The notes beneath the pieces were generated by a model, which worked only from the letters and a program-made list of their open reading frames with translations, ran no database searches and had not been told where the DNA came from. From assembly GCA_036397065.1 (NCBI GenBank), contig DASWJP010000023.1:1-63136 (forward strand): 63,136 bases of DNA, in the 5' to 3' direction. This stretch comes from Kiloniellales bacterium (GTDB lineage: Bacteria > Pseudomonadota > Alphaproteobacteria > Kiloniellales > J153). Both the position numbers and the translations under genes were made by a program. This document shows, one piece after another, positions 40,590-49,857 of the stretch. Each line of letters starts with the position of its first letter. Position 1 is the first letter of the stretch.

Positions 40590-41477
40590 ATGACCGGACA
40601 CCCCCCCGCGCCCCGCACGCCCGCGGCCGCCACTTCCACCACGCTGGCCGCCAAGCCGTTGATCGGCCTGCCGGCCTGCATCCGGACCATCGAGCACATG
40701 CCGTTCCACACGGTCGGCGACAAGTACCTGCGCGCCGCCGCCGTGGCCGCCCATGGCATCCCCATGATCATTCCGTCCTTCGGCGATTTGCTCGACCCGG
40801 CGGATCTGGTCTCGCGCCTGGACGGCCTGCTCTTGACCGGCAGCCCGTCGAACGTGCACCCGGCCCACTATGGTGCCCCGGCCCATCCCGAGGCGGAACC
40901 CCATGATCCGGACCGGGATGCGACCACCCTGCCGTTGATCCATGCGGCGCTGGCCGACGGGTTGCCCCTGCTGGCGATTTGCCGCGGCATGCAGGAATTG
41001 AATGTCGCCCTGGGCGGCACCTTGCATGCCCGGGTGCACGAGCAAACCGGGCGCATCGATCACCGCCGGCCAAGCCACGAGGATATGGACGTGCAGTACG
41101 CACCGCGCCACGAGGTTCGCTTGACCACTGGCGGCGCCATGGCCCGAATCGCCGGTCCCGTTGCGCAATCGGGGGCGCTGATGGTCAATTCTCTGCATTG
41201 GCAAGCCATCGACCGGGTCGCCGATGATCTGGTGGTCGAAGCGGTGGCCCCGGACGGCACCATCGAGGCCGTTGCGGTGCGCAGCGCCCGGGCCTTTGCC
41301 CTGGGCGTGCAATGGCATCCGGAATACCGGGTGCTCGACGATCCTTTCTCCGTCCGCCTGTTCGCCGACTTTGGCGCCGCAGCGCGGGCCCGTGCCGCCA
41401 ACCGCGGTATGCCTGTCGCAACCGGGCCCGGAACGGGTGTTGCGGCCGGTGCCGGATGGGTCGGCATTGCAACCTGA
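40590..41477 (+). CDS. class I glutamine amidotransferase-like, gamma-glutamyl-gamma-aminobutyrate hydrolase (PuuD/peptidase C26) family
   Basis: It has the nucleophile elbow LAICRGMQELNVALGGTL and a C-terminal ..GVQWHPE motif. Confidence 0.85.
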   Translation: MTGHPPAPRTPAAATSTTLAAKPLIGLPACIRTIEHMPFHTVGDKYLRAAAVAAHGIPMIIPSFGDLLDPADLVSRLDGLLLTGSPSNVHPAHYGAPAHPEAEPHDPDRDATTLPLIHAALADGLPLLAICRGMQELNVALGGTLHARVHEQTGRIDHRRPSHEDMDVQYAPRHEVRLTTGGAMARIAGPVAQSGALMVNSLHWQAIDRVADDLVVEAVAPDGTIEAVAVRSARAFALGVQWHPEYRVLDDPFSVRLFADFGAAARARAANRGMPVATGPGTGVAAGAGWVGIAT

Positions 41478-41584
41478 AAAATCGACACTAAATCTATGAA
41501 CATGAGCTGGCGCCGCAAAGGCGACCGGCCAATACGCGGAAGGGCAACGTCCCCCTGCCATCCTTCCGCGGCTCTACGGAGCAT

Positions 41585-41617
41585 GGAACGCCCGGATCCC
41601 CCCCGACCGGGCGTTCC
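41585..41617. terminator. hairpin between convergent genes (likely end of the minus-strand ABC/CNB/MT operon and/or the puuD-like gene)
   Basis: GGAACGCCCGG-(11-nt C-rich loop)-CCGGGCGTTCC forms a perfect 11-bp stem. There is a weak T-rich tail on the plus strand. Confidence 0.5.
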
Positions 41618-41635
41618 TCGTTCGCGGATTGGTTT

Positions 41636-42124
41636 TCAGCGCCGCCGATAGAGAAAATAGCGGCCCGGTGAAACACCTGGGGGCAGGTTCAATGCCATGG
41701 CATCGAGGCCGGGCAGCGCAAGATCCGAGACCAGCACTCCGCCCGGCACCAACAGGCCGGGCAGATGCTGGGCAAGAAAATCCGCCAGCCGCGCATTCAG
41801 CGCCCGGTCGCCACTGCCGATATCGCTATGGATCAGCGGCACGCGGGCGCGCAGCCGCACCGCCACCGCCGGCAGGGTGTCCCGGATATCGCCGAGGATC
41901 AGATCGTCCCCAGCCGGGCCGATCATGGGATCGTGGGGCGCGAATTGTTCGAAGACGATGATTTGGCGGCCGGGGAAAAGTTCCCGCACATGGTCGTAGG
42001 TCCGCCCATTGCCCAAGCCCACCTCGAGAATGGGGCCGCTCCGGTGGCCCATCAGCTCGGCGGCATGGGCCAGGCACGCGTGTTGCGCGCGCAACCGGCG
42101 GATCAGGCTGTCGAGGCGGCTCAC
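41636..42124 (-). CDS. small class I SAM-dependent methyltransferase-like protein (paralogue B, 162 aa)
   Basis: Motif I-like ILEVGLGNGRTYDH, an acidic end of strand 2 (IIVFEQ), LILGDIRDTLP and LIHSDIGSGDR resemble cation-dependent O-MT / Methyltransf_24-type folds. The GTG start overlaps the upstream stop (GTGA). Confidence 0.6.
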   Translation of the reverse strand: MSRLDSLIRRLRAQHACLAHAAELMGHRSGPILEVGLGNGRTYDHVRELFPGRQIIVFEQFAPHDPMIGPAGDDLILGDIRDTLPAVAVRLRARVPLIHSDIGSGDRALNARLADFLAQHLPGLLVPGGVLVSDLALPGLDAMALNLPPGVSPGRYFLYRRR

Positions 42125-42633
42125 CCGGGACCGGTGGGTCCGGCGCGCCGATACAGGAAATAGGTGCCCGGCATCACCGGCGCCGGGGCCGGGGCCGGCA
42201 CCGGCTGCGCCCTGGCAAAGGCCACATCCCGGTCCGACGCGACCAGGCCGCCGGGCCGCAGCAGGTCCGGCAGAAAACCGGCGATGAAACGGGCCAGCCG
42301 GGCATCCCGCTGCCTATCCGCCGAACCCACATCGGCGTGCACCAGGGCCACCGTCCCGGCGAAGCGCGCCGCCGCCTGGGGCAGGGTCTCGTGAAAATCA
42401 CCGAGCAACAGGTGCGCCGCATCGGGAATACAGTCGGGATGGGCGGAGGCCTCCCGGTCGAAAACGAATATCTCCCGGCCCGGCAAGATCTCGCGCAGAT
42501 GGTCGTAGGTGCGGCCGTTGCCGAGTCCGAGCTCCAGGATCGGCCCCGGCAGATCGCGCACCAGATCAGCCAACGCATTCAGGCACGCCCGTTGCGTCTC
42601 CAGACGCCGGATATTGATATCCAACCGACTCAC
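42121..42633 (-). CDS. small class I SAM-dependent methyltransferase-like protein (paralogue A, 170 aa)
   Basis: It is roughly half identical by eye to paralogue B. Both start MSRLD..IRRL..Q.ACL and share ILELGLGNGRTYDH, LLLGDFHETLP, LVHADVGSADR and the C-terminal YFLYRR. Confidence 0.6.
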   Translation of the reverse strand: MSRLDINIRRLETQRACLNALADLVRDLPGPILELGLGNGRTYDHLREILPGREIFVFDREASAHPDCIPDAAHLLLGDFHETLPQAAARFAGTVALVHADVGSADRQRDARLARFIAGFLPDLLRPGGLVASDRDVAFARAQPVPAPAPAPVMPGTYFLYRRAGPTGPG

Positions 42634-42664
42634 TGTTCCCGTGCTCCCGTCCCAGTGACTTCCG

Positions 42665-43117
42665 TCAGCCGCGCGCCGCGGTGCGCTCCTTGGTCAGTTG
42701 CGCCGTGGTTTGTTCCAGGCGATGGGCCAATACACGCATGACCTCGACTCCCATCTCGGGAAAATCCGTGACCATGCGGAAAAACAGATCCTTGGTGATC
42801 CGCAAGGTCGTCAGCTCGCTGGTGGCGGTCACGGTCGCGGTCCGCGGCACTTCGCAGAGAATGGCGATTTCGCCGACGATGTCGTTCTGGGCCAGCTTGG
42901 CGACCACCGTGGGCTTGTCGGTGGTGACGATCACATCCGCGGTGCCGCTGGCGATGATATACGCCGAGTCGGCGGAATCGCCCTGATCGAACAGCGACTG
43001 TCCCGGCTTGAAGGTCAGGCGTTCGCTGGCAAAGCACATGAGCTTGAGCTTTGCCGGATCGATGTTGGCGAAAAGCGGGATTTTCCGCAGAATTTCAACT
43101 TCCTGTTCAATACTCAC
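42665..43117 (-). CDS. stand-alone cyclic nucleotide-binding (CNB/cNMP) domain protein, no output domain
   Basis: The 150-aa protein starts at GTG with GGAGG 5 nt upstream. It begins LRKIPLFANID and has a phosphate-binding-cassette-like GEIAILCEVPRTATVTA. No HTH or other domain follows. Confidence 0.85.
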   Translation of the reverse strand: MSIEQEVEILRKIPLFANIDPAKLKLMCFASERLTFKPGQSLFDQGDSADSAYIIASGTADVIVTTDKPTVVAKLAQNDIVGEIAILCEVPRTATVTATSELTTLRITKDLFFRMVTDFPEMGVEVMRVLAHRLEQTTAQLTKERTAARG

Positions 43118-43138
43118 CTATGCCTCCGATCGCCCCGA

Positions 43139-45850
43139 TTATTCCGCTGCCAAAATACCACTGAGTGCCGAGCCCGGTTTGCACAATTCGGCGAAGCTGC
43201 CCTGTTCCAACAAACGCCCGTCGCGCATGACCATCACCCGGTCGAAGCGTTCGCCGGCCCGCGGCCGCTGCAGGGTCCAGACCACGCCGCGGCCCTGGCG
43301 GTGGTCGAGAACCTTGCCGAGCAGCCGCGTCTGCGTGGCCTCGTCCATGGCGGCCAGGGCGTCGTTGACGATCAGCATATCCGGTTGCTTCAACAGGGCC
43401 CGGGCCAAGCCGATTTTCTGCCGCTGGTTGCCGCTGAGGCGATTGCCGCCGATGCCGACGCCATAATCGAGCCCGGCCTCGATGACGATCGCACGCAGAC
43501 CCAGATCGTCGAGAACCGCGGTCATGGCCCGGCCGACGATATCCTCCGCCTTGGCCTGGCCATAGGCAAGGCGGCCGAACAGGATGTTGTCCTGCAAAGT
43601 CGCGGCGGCGTTGTAGGCGTCCGGCCGGTAGATGGCCACCGCCTCGGGATCGCTCTCGGCCAGGCGCTCGGCGAACAGACGGCGGGCCTCGACCGCCCGC
43701 GCCTCGACCGCATCGTCGATCAGGCCCAGACGGTGGCGGGCCTCGACATAGGCGAAGGGCAGGCGGCGTAGCGCCAGGCTTTCGGCGGCCGCCAGGGCCT
43801 GCTCGCCCTGGCGGTCCACCTTGCTGAGCAGGTTGCGGTATTCCGGCAGCCCATCGGCATCGATAAAGCTGAACTGTTCGAAGAACGGGTGGCCGGGCGG
43901 CAGGCCGGCGAAGATTTCCACCATGGTGCGGGCGATGCTCAGGCCCATGCGCAGCATATCGTCCATCATGCCGGAATCGGTCAGAACCCGTATCATCAAC
44001 GGATTTTCCGCCAACATTTCTGTAGCGAACCCGGCCTTGCGCGGGGTTCCGAACAAAAGATTCTCGGCCAGTGAGGCATTGCGGTTGTAGGCCTCGGGAT
44101 CGAAGCGAACGACCAGGGTTTGCCCGTCCACCGCCGCCAACCGGCCGGGCAGTGCCGCCCGCGCCTTGAGAATCGCACCGGTGATATCCGGGTGGACCCG
44201 GGGGTCGACGGTTCCGACCAATCCGAAGCGATAGACCTCGTCCTCCATCTCCACCAGGGACAAAACCTCGATCAGCCGCTGGGTCAACGCCGCGGGACTG
44301 GATGCGCCGGCGGCCTCGTAGTCGACCCAATCGGCGGCAATATCGAGGCTCGGATTGCCGGTGCGCACGGCTTCGGCGATCCAGCGCGTCCTGTCGGCAC
44401 CGTCATGTCCGGCGGCCTCCCGCAGAGGTCGATGCTTGAGGCCATAAAGCAGGTTTTCGCGCACCGACAGCGGAAACAGATAGGTCTCCGGCCCCACATA
44501 GGACAGGCGCCGGCCGGTGACCGCCTGCGGCAGGGTGCCCAGATCGCGCTTGCCGATCTCGATGCGCCCAGCGCTGGGCAGCTCGAGACCGCAGAGCATC
44601 AGCGCCAATCGTTCCTTGCCGCTGCCGTCGGTGCCGACGATGGCCGTATGCTCGGCCACGCCGATCTTGAAGCTGATCGAATCGAGCAGCCTGTTGTTGT
44701 TCTCATCGACCAGGCCCACCGCCTGGGCCACGATCTCGCCGGTCAGGGGCGGGCCGACGTCGGCCTCCGGATCCTGCTGTTCCGGCGCCAGGATTTGCGG
44801 CGGCTGGAACTGCTCGATCACCTGTTCATATTTGATCTGCACGTCATTGCGCTGCTGGTCCCAATCGATCAGTTCCTTGATCGGGCTCGGCAAATCCTTG
44901 TAGGCGGCGATCACGGCAACCAGGGCGCCGATATCGAGCTGCCCGTAGATGGCCAGCAAACCGCCGGCGGCGTAAAAGATGAACGGCGTGAGTTGCGCCA
45001 GGAAATTGTTCAGGAACTTGACGAAGAACTTGCGGCGAAAGATCTCGTAGCGGATGTCGAAGATCCGGCCCAGCCGCGCCGCCATATCGGCCCGCTCCAG
45101 ATTCGAGGCATCGTGCGCGTGCACCTCGGTGGCGCCGTCGATGATCTCGCCCACCCGGCCGGCCAGTAGCCGCGCGGTGATCTGCCGCTCCCGCCCGAGG
45201 CGCAGGATCGGCCGGCGCAACCGCGGGATAAAGAAGGCTTGCGCCAGCACGATCCCCGCCGCCACCAGGCCGAGCCACAGGCTTTGCAGCAGGATGAACG
45301 CCATGGCGGTGATCGCCTGGCCGCCCAAAAAGGCCGGTGCGATGAAGGCATCGCCGATGAAGCCGCCCAGCGGCTCCACCTCGTCCTTGATCATGGTGGC
45401 CATCTCGGCCTGCTTGACCTTGCGCACCTGAGGGATGGGGAAGCGCAGGATTCGATCGGTCAGCTCATAGCGCAGCCGGCGCAGCATGCGCTCGCCCAAG
45501 CGTCCCTTGTTGGTGTTGATGATGAATTTGAAGCCGCCATTGATCACAACCATGAACAGGAAGGCGAAGCTCAACGCCATCAAGTACTGGGGCTGGGTCA
45601 GCGCGAAGCCGTCGAACAGCCGCACCGGTGCCAGGTTCAGCCAATCGGCGAAGGGCAGATCGATGACCAGGAACGATTGCGTGGATCCGGGGCCGGCGAA
45701 GCCGACCCCCTGGATGCCGCGGTTGACGATGCCCTTGGGCAGATCGAGGGCGAGGAAATAGAACGGCAGCGACACCAACACCATGACCAGGATGTTGATC
45801 TGCTCGCCCTTGGAATGGCGCCAGATGTATTTGAAAAGGTTCGGTTCCAT
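43139..45850 (-). CDS. ABC exporter, fused TMD-NBD half-transporter with atypical expanded/degenerate NBD (903 aa)
   Basis: The N-terminal 6-TM type I exporter domain spans about aa 1-345. The NBD motifs are Walker A-like GTDGSGKE (aa 406-413), signature LSGNQ (aa 805-809) and Walker B MLIVND (aa 825-830). See the findings for the anomalies. Confidence 0.85.
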   Translation of the reverse strand: MEPNLFKYIWRHSKGEQINILVMVLVSLPFYFLALDLPKGIVNRGIQGVGFAGPGSTQSFLVIDLPFADWLNLAPVRLFDGFALTQPQYLMALSFAFLFMVVINGGFKFIINTNKGRLGERMLRRLRYELTDRILRFPIPQVRKVKQAEMATMIKDEVEPLGGFIGDAFIAPAFLGGQAITAMAFILLQSLWLGLVAAGIVLAQAFFIPRLRRPILRLGRERQITARLLAGRVGEIIDGATEVHAHDASNLERADMAARLGRIFDIRYEIFRRKFFVKFLNNFLAQLTPFIFYAAGGLLAIYGQLDIGALVAVIAAYKDLPSPIKELIDWDQQRNDVQIKYEQVIEQFQPPQILAPEQQDPEADVGPPLTGEIVAQAVGLVDENNNRLLDSISFKIGVAEHTAIVGTDGSGKERLALMLCGLELPSAGRIEIGKRDLGTLPQAVTGRRLSYVGPETYLFPLSVRENLLYGLKHRPLREAAGHDGADRTRWIAEAVRTGNPSLDIAADWVDYEAAGASSPAALTQRLIEVLSLVEMEDEVYRFGLVGTVDPRVHPDITGAILKARAALPGRLAAVDGQTLVVRFDPEAYNRNASLAENLLFGTPRKAGFATEMLAENPLMIRVLTDSGMMDDMLRMGLSIARTMVEIFAGLPPGHPFFEQFSFIDADGLPEYRNLLSKVDRQGEQALAAAESLALRRLPFAYVEARHRLGLIDDAVEARAVEARRLFAERLAESDPEAVAIYRPDAYNAAATLQDNILFGRLAYGQAKAEDIVGRAMTAVLDDLGLRAIVIEAGLDYGVGIGGNRLSGNQRQKIGLARALLKQPDMLIVNDALAAMDEATQTRLLGKVLDHRQGRGVVWTLQRPRAGERFDRVMVMRDGRLLEQGSFAELCKPGSALSGILAAE

Positions 45851-46118
45851 CGCGGCGCACAGTTGTGATGACGCGCCTGCGGCGCCCGGCGAACCCAGGC
45901 ATCGCAGGCAGCCGATGACGTTAGCCCATGGCGGTATACCCGTAAACTGACCTTAACCGACGGGGCACCGGGGGGCGTCCGCCAGACGAACGCAAGCGGA
46001 ACATCCATAGGATCCCGTCACAAAACCGTCCTCAGGGCGCCTCTTCACGCGCGCCGGGCGGTATGCCATAGTCCGCCAAACAGGACATCGCGTCCTGAAC
46101 CAGGGGGAGGATCGCGGC

Positions 46119-47360
46119 ATGGGGCACGGCCGCAAAGATAATCGCGTTCTCATTTACAGTCATGACAGTTTCGGCCTCGGCCATTTGCGCCGTTGCCGCG
46201 AGATCGCACACAGTTTGGTGGGTGCGGAGAACAACCTGTCGGTGTTGATTCTGTCCGGCTCGCCGATCATCGGCAGCTTCGATTTCCGCTCGCGCGTGGA
46301 TTTCGTGCGTATCCCGGGAGTCATCAAGCTGCGCAACGGCGAATACACGTCGCTGGGTCTGCATATCGATATCGAACAGACGTTGGCCATCCGCGCGTCG
46401 ATCGTCGAGCATACGGCGAACATTTTCGATCCGGATCTGTTCATCGTCGACAAGGAACCGTTGGGCCTGCACGGCGAGGTCCGCCGGACCCTGGCCATGA
46501 TGCAGGCGCGGGGGACGCCGTGCGTGCTTGGCCTGCGCGATGTGATGGACGATCCGGCCATTCTCAAGCCGGAATGGAAGCGCAAGAACGTGATTCCGGC
46601 CCTGAGCGCCTATTACGACGCGATCTGGGTCTATGGCCTGCCGCAGATCTGCGATCCCTTGGCCGATCTGGGCGTGCCGGACTGGATCCGCCAGAGGATG
46701 ACCTATACCGGCTATCTCAACCGGCATGTGCCGGAAACCGGGCCGACGTTTGTTCCGGAAAAGATCGCCGATCCCTATCTGCTGGTGACCGTCGGCGGCG
46801 GCGGCGATGGCGAGGCGATCATCGACTGGGTGCTGTCGGCCTACGAAACCGATCCGGATCTGCCGGACCCGGCCTTGCTCGTTCTTGGCCCCTTCATGGG
46901 TCCGCAGTATCAGGCGGAGTTCCTGCAGCGTGCCGCGCGCCTGGACAAGGTGGAGGCGATCACCTTCGATGCCCATATCGAAAGCCTTATGGCCAGCGCC
47001 AAGGGGATCGTCTGCATGGGCGGCTACAACACATTTTGCGAGGTACTCTCATTCGACAAGCGGGCCCTGGTGATTCCGCGCACCGTGCCCCGGCTTGAGC
47101 AGTACATTCGCGCCGTTCGCGCCCAGGAGCTGGGCCTGGTGCAGGTTCTGGTCGATGAAGGGGTGCGCGATCCGCGCCAGATGGCCCAGGCTCTGCGCCG
47201 TCTGCCGACCCAGCCGCTGCCCTCGAGCGTCAGCGTGCCGGGCCTGCTCGATGGCCGCGAGAACGTGGTCAAGCTGGCCAGCCAATTGCTGCACGACCGC
47301 CGGCACTCGTTCGTCTCGCGCGCGAATGTGTCCATGGCCGCCGGCCGCGGCGCGAAATAG
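46119..47360 (+). CDS. GT-B fold glycosyltransferase (MurG/GT28-like, COG4671-type), paralogue 1
   Basis: GGGGGAGG lies upstream of the ATG. It has the N-terminal RVLIYSHDSFGLGHLRRC motif and a C-terminal GGYNT.CE...F.K.ALV.PR nucleotide-sugar-binding region. Confidence 0.78.
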   Translation: MGHGRKDNRVLIYSHDSFGLGHLRRCREIAHSLVGAENNLSVLILSGSPIIGSFDFRSRVDFVRIPGVIKLRNGEYTSLGLHIDIEQTLAIRASIVEHTANIFDPDLFIVDKEPLGLHGEVRRTLAMMQARGTPCVLGLRDVMDDPAILKPEWKRKNVIPALSAYYDAIWVYGLPQICDPLADLGVPDWIRQRMTYTGYLNRHVPETGPTFVPEKIADPYLLVTVGGGGDGEAIIDWVLSAYETDPDLPDPALLVLGPFMGPQYQAEFLQRAARLDKVEAITFDAHIESLMASAKGIVCMGGYNTFCEVLSFDKRALVIPRTVPRLEQYIRAVRAQELGLVQVLVDEGVRDPRQMAQALRRLPTQPLPSSVSVPGLLDGRENVVKLASQLLHDRRHSFVSRANVSMAAGRGAK

Positions 47361-47431
47361 GAGAGAGAGACCGGATCCCCAGTGGGCCGGTGCCTTGACG
47401 GACCGGCGCCGGGCTCCCTAACCTCACTGCC

Positions 47432-48691
47432 ATGCCGGATCGTGCCGCACCCGGGCTTGTCGCTGTTGTGCTGAAGGGCTATCCGCGCCTGTCGGAAACC
47501 TTCATCGCCCAGGAGATCCATTCCCTGCAACAGCGCGGCTTGCGCCTCGCCCTCTATTCCCTGCGCCAGCCCACGGAAGCCGCGGTGCACCCGATCCACC
47601 GGGAGATCACCGCGCCGGTCACCTATTTGCCGGAGTATCTGCACGCGCAGCCGGGGCGCGTCTGGGCCGCCTGGCGGCGGGCACGGCGATTGCCGGGATA
47701 CGCCGCCGCGTGGCGCATCTTCCGGGGCGATCTGGCGCGCGAGCGCAGCCGCAACCGCATCCGCCGGTTCGGCCAGGCGTGCGTTCTGGCCGCCGAACTG
47801 CCGACCCAGGTGACGCGCCTCTATGCCCATTTTCTCCATACGCCGGCTTCGGTCGCCCGCTATGCCGCGGTCATGACCGGTTTGCCGTGGTGCGCCTCGG
47901 CCCATGCCAAGGATATCTGGACCACGCCGGAGTGGGAGATACGGGAAAAGCTGGCCGCCGCCGATTGGGTCACCACCTGCAGCGCCGCGGCCCGCGATCA
48001 TCTGGCCGCCCTGGCGCCCGGCCCGGAGAAGGTCACGCTCTCCTACCACGGCCTCGATTTCGCGCGCCTGCCGCCGCCACCCACCCGCCCACGCCGCGAT
48101 GGCGCGGACGCCGCCGATCCGGTGATCGTGCTGTCCGTCGGCCGCGCCGTCGAAAAGAAAGGGTACGACGATGTGCTCGATGCCCTGGTGCAATTGCCCA
48201 CGGATCTGCACTGGCGGCTGGTGCACATCGGCGGCGGCGAACGCACCAAGGCGCTGGCCGCCCGTGCCGCTGCCCTGGGATTGGCGCCGCGCATCACCTG
48301 GTTGGGCGCCCAGCCGCAGGAGCGGGTGCTGAGCGAATACGGTCGCGCCGATCTGTTCGTCCTGGCCAGCCGGATCGCCCGGGATGGCGATCGCGACGGC
48401 CTGCCGAACGTGTTGATGGAGGCGCAGAGCCAGGGCTTGCCCTGCATCGCCACCCGCGTCTCGGCCATTCCCGAACTGATCGAGCATCAGGCGACCGGCC
48501 TGCTGGTGCCGCCGGGCGATCCGGCCGCCTTGGCCGCGGCGCTGGCGCAGCTGATTCGCGACCCGCGGGCCCGGTCCGATTTGGGCGCCGCTGGGTGCCG
48601 GCGTGTGCGCGCCGACTTTTCCCTGACCGCCGGCATCGACACCATCGCCGCACGTTTCGGCTTGCCGCCCGCCGCCGCGGCGGCGCAGTAG
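47432..48691 (+). CDS. GT4 family glycosyltransferase (WcaL-like)
   Basis: The GT-B retaining family signature is EGLPNVLMEAQSQGLPCIATRVSAIPELIE (EX7E). The N-terminal YPRLSETFI motif is typical of WcaL-like enzymes. Confidence 0.86.
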   Translation: MPDRAAPGLVAVVLKGYPRLSETFIAQEIHSLQQRGLRLALYSLRQPTEAAVHPIHREITAPVTYLPEYLHAQPGRVWAAWRRARRLPGYAAAWRIFRGDLARERSRNRIRRFGQACVLAAELPTQVTRLYAHFLHTPASVARYAAVMTGLPWCASAHAKDIWTTPEWEIREKLAAADWVTTCSAAARDHLAALAPGPEKVTLSYHGLDFARLPPPPTRPRRDGADAADPVIVLSVGRAVEKKGYDDVLDALVQLPTDLHWRLVHIGGGERTKALAARAAALGLAPRITWLGAQPQERVLSEYGRADLFVLASRIARDGDRDGLPNVLMEAQSQGLPCIATRVSAIPELIEHQATGLLVPPGDPAALAAALAQLIRDPRARSDLGAAGCRRVRADFSLTAGIDTIAARFGLPPAAAAAQ

Positions 48692-48723
48692 CCGGGCGGC
48701 GCGGCCGCCGGCCCAGACCCCGC

Positions 48724-49857
48724 ATGCGGATCGCTTTTTACGCCCCCCTGAAGCCGCCCTCCCATCCGGTCCCCTCGGGCGACCGGCGCATGTCGCGGCT
48801 GCTGCTCTTGGCCCTGCGCCGCGCCGGCCACCGGGTGGAGGTGGCCAGCCGTCTGCGCAGCCGCGACGGCACCGGCGATTCGGCCCGGCAAGCACGCGTC
48901 GCCCGCGCCGGGGCGGCCACCGCCCAGCGCCTGATCCAGCGCTACCGGAAACGGCCGGCGGCGGAGCGGCCGCGCGTTTGGATGACCTATCACCTCTACT
49001 ACAAGGCACCGGATTGGCTGGGCCCGGCGGTCAGCGCGGCCCTGGGCATTCCCTACGTGGCGGTGGAGGCTTCGGTGGCCGGCAAACGGGCGGAAGGATC
49101 GTGGGCCGATGGCCATCGCGCGACATTGGAAGCCTTGGCGCACGCGGCCGCCGTGATCGCCGTCAATCCGGCGGATGTGGCCGCCTTGCCCGATCCCGGC
49201 CGGGTGCATCTGCTGCCGCCGTTTCTCGACCCGGCACCCTTTCGCGCCGCCGTCCAGGCGCGCGAATCCAATCGCGCCGCTTTTGCAAAACAACTGGGCA
49301 TCGCCGCCGCGCCGCCGTGGCTGCTGGCGGTGGCCATGATGCGCCCCGGCGACAAGCTGACCTCCTACCGGCAATTGGCCACGGCCCTGGCCGGTCTCGC
49401 GGATCGCCCTTGGCGGTTGCTGATCGCCGGCGACGGCGCGGCCCGGCCGGAGGTGGAGCGGGCTTTCGCCTGGGCGCCGCCGGAGCGGGTGCAATTTCTC
49501 GGCGCCTTGCCGGGTGCGGCCCTGCCCGCTCTGTATGCCGCCTGCGACGTGCTGGTCTGGCCGGCGCACAACGAGGCCTATGGCATGGCTTTGCTGGAGG
49601 CGCAGGCGGCCGGGCTGCCGGTGCTCGCCGGAGCCAGCGGCGGGGTCGCCGCCATCGTGCGCGACGGGCGCACGGGCGTGCTCACGCCGCCGGGCGACAC
49701 GAATGCCTTTGCCGCCGCCCTGGACGGGCTATTGGCGGACCCGGCGCGGCGCCGGACCATGGCCGAAGCGGCCGAGGCAACGGTTGCCGCCGCGCATGGC
49801 ATCGACCGGGCGGCCGCCCGATTGGATGAGATTCTCAATCGGGTGACGGCGCCATGA
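48724..49857 (+). CDS. GT4 family glycosyltransferase
   Basis: The real start is the ATG at 48724 (MRIAFYAPLKPP). It has the EX7E region EAYGMALLEAQAAGLPVLAGASGGVAAIV. The upstream part of the listed 715-aa ORF is an artefact. Confidence 0.85.
   Translation: MRIAFYAPLKPPSHPVPSGDRRMSRLLLLALRRAGHRVEVASRLRSRDGTGDSARQARVARAGAATAQRLIQRYRKRPAAERPRVWMTYHLYYKAPDWLGPAVSAALGIPYVAVEASVAGKRAEGSWADGHRATLEALAHAAAVIAVNPADVAALPDPGRVHLLPPFLDPAPFRAAVQARESNRAAFAKQLGIAAAPPWLLAVAMMRPGDKLTSYRQLATALAGLADRPWRLLIAGDGAARPEVERAFAWAPPERVQFLGALPGAALPALYAACDVLVWPAHNEAYGMALLEAQAAGLPVLAGASGGVAAIVRDGRTGVLTPPGDTNAFAAALDGLLADPARRRTMAEAAEATVAAAHGIDRAAARLDEILNRVTAP

Noticed and set aside
45851-46118. A Crp/Fnr-type palindrome (TGTGA-N6-TCACA) in the divergent control region of the CNB/ABC and GT operons
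   Set aside because: A TGTGA (about 45862) and a TCACA (about 46018) exist, but they are around 150 nt apart and have no partner half-sites at the correct spacing. The neighbouring CNB protein also has no DNA-binding domain, so a Crp-like site is not actually predicted.
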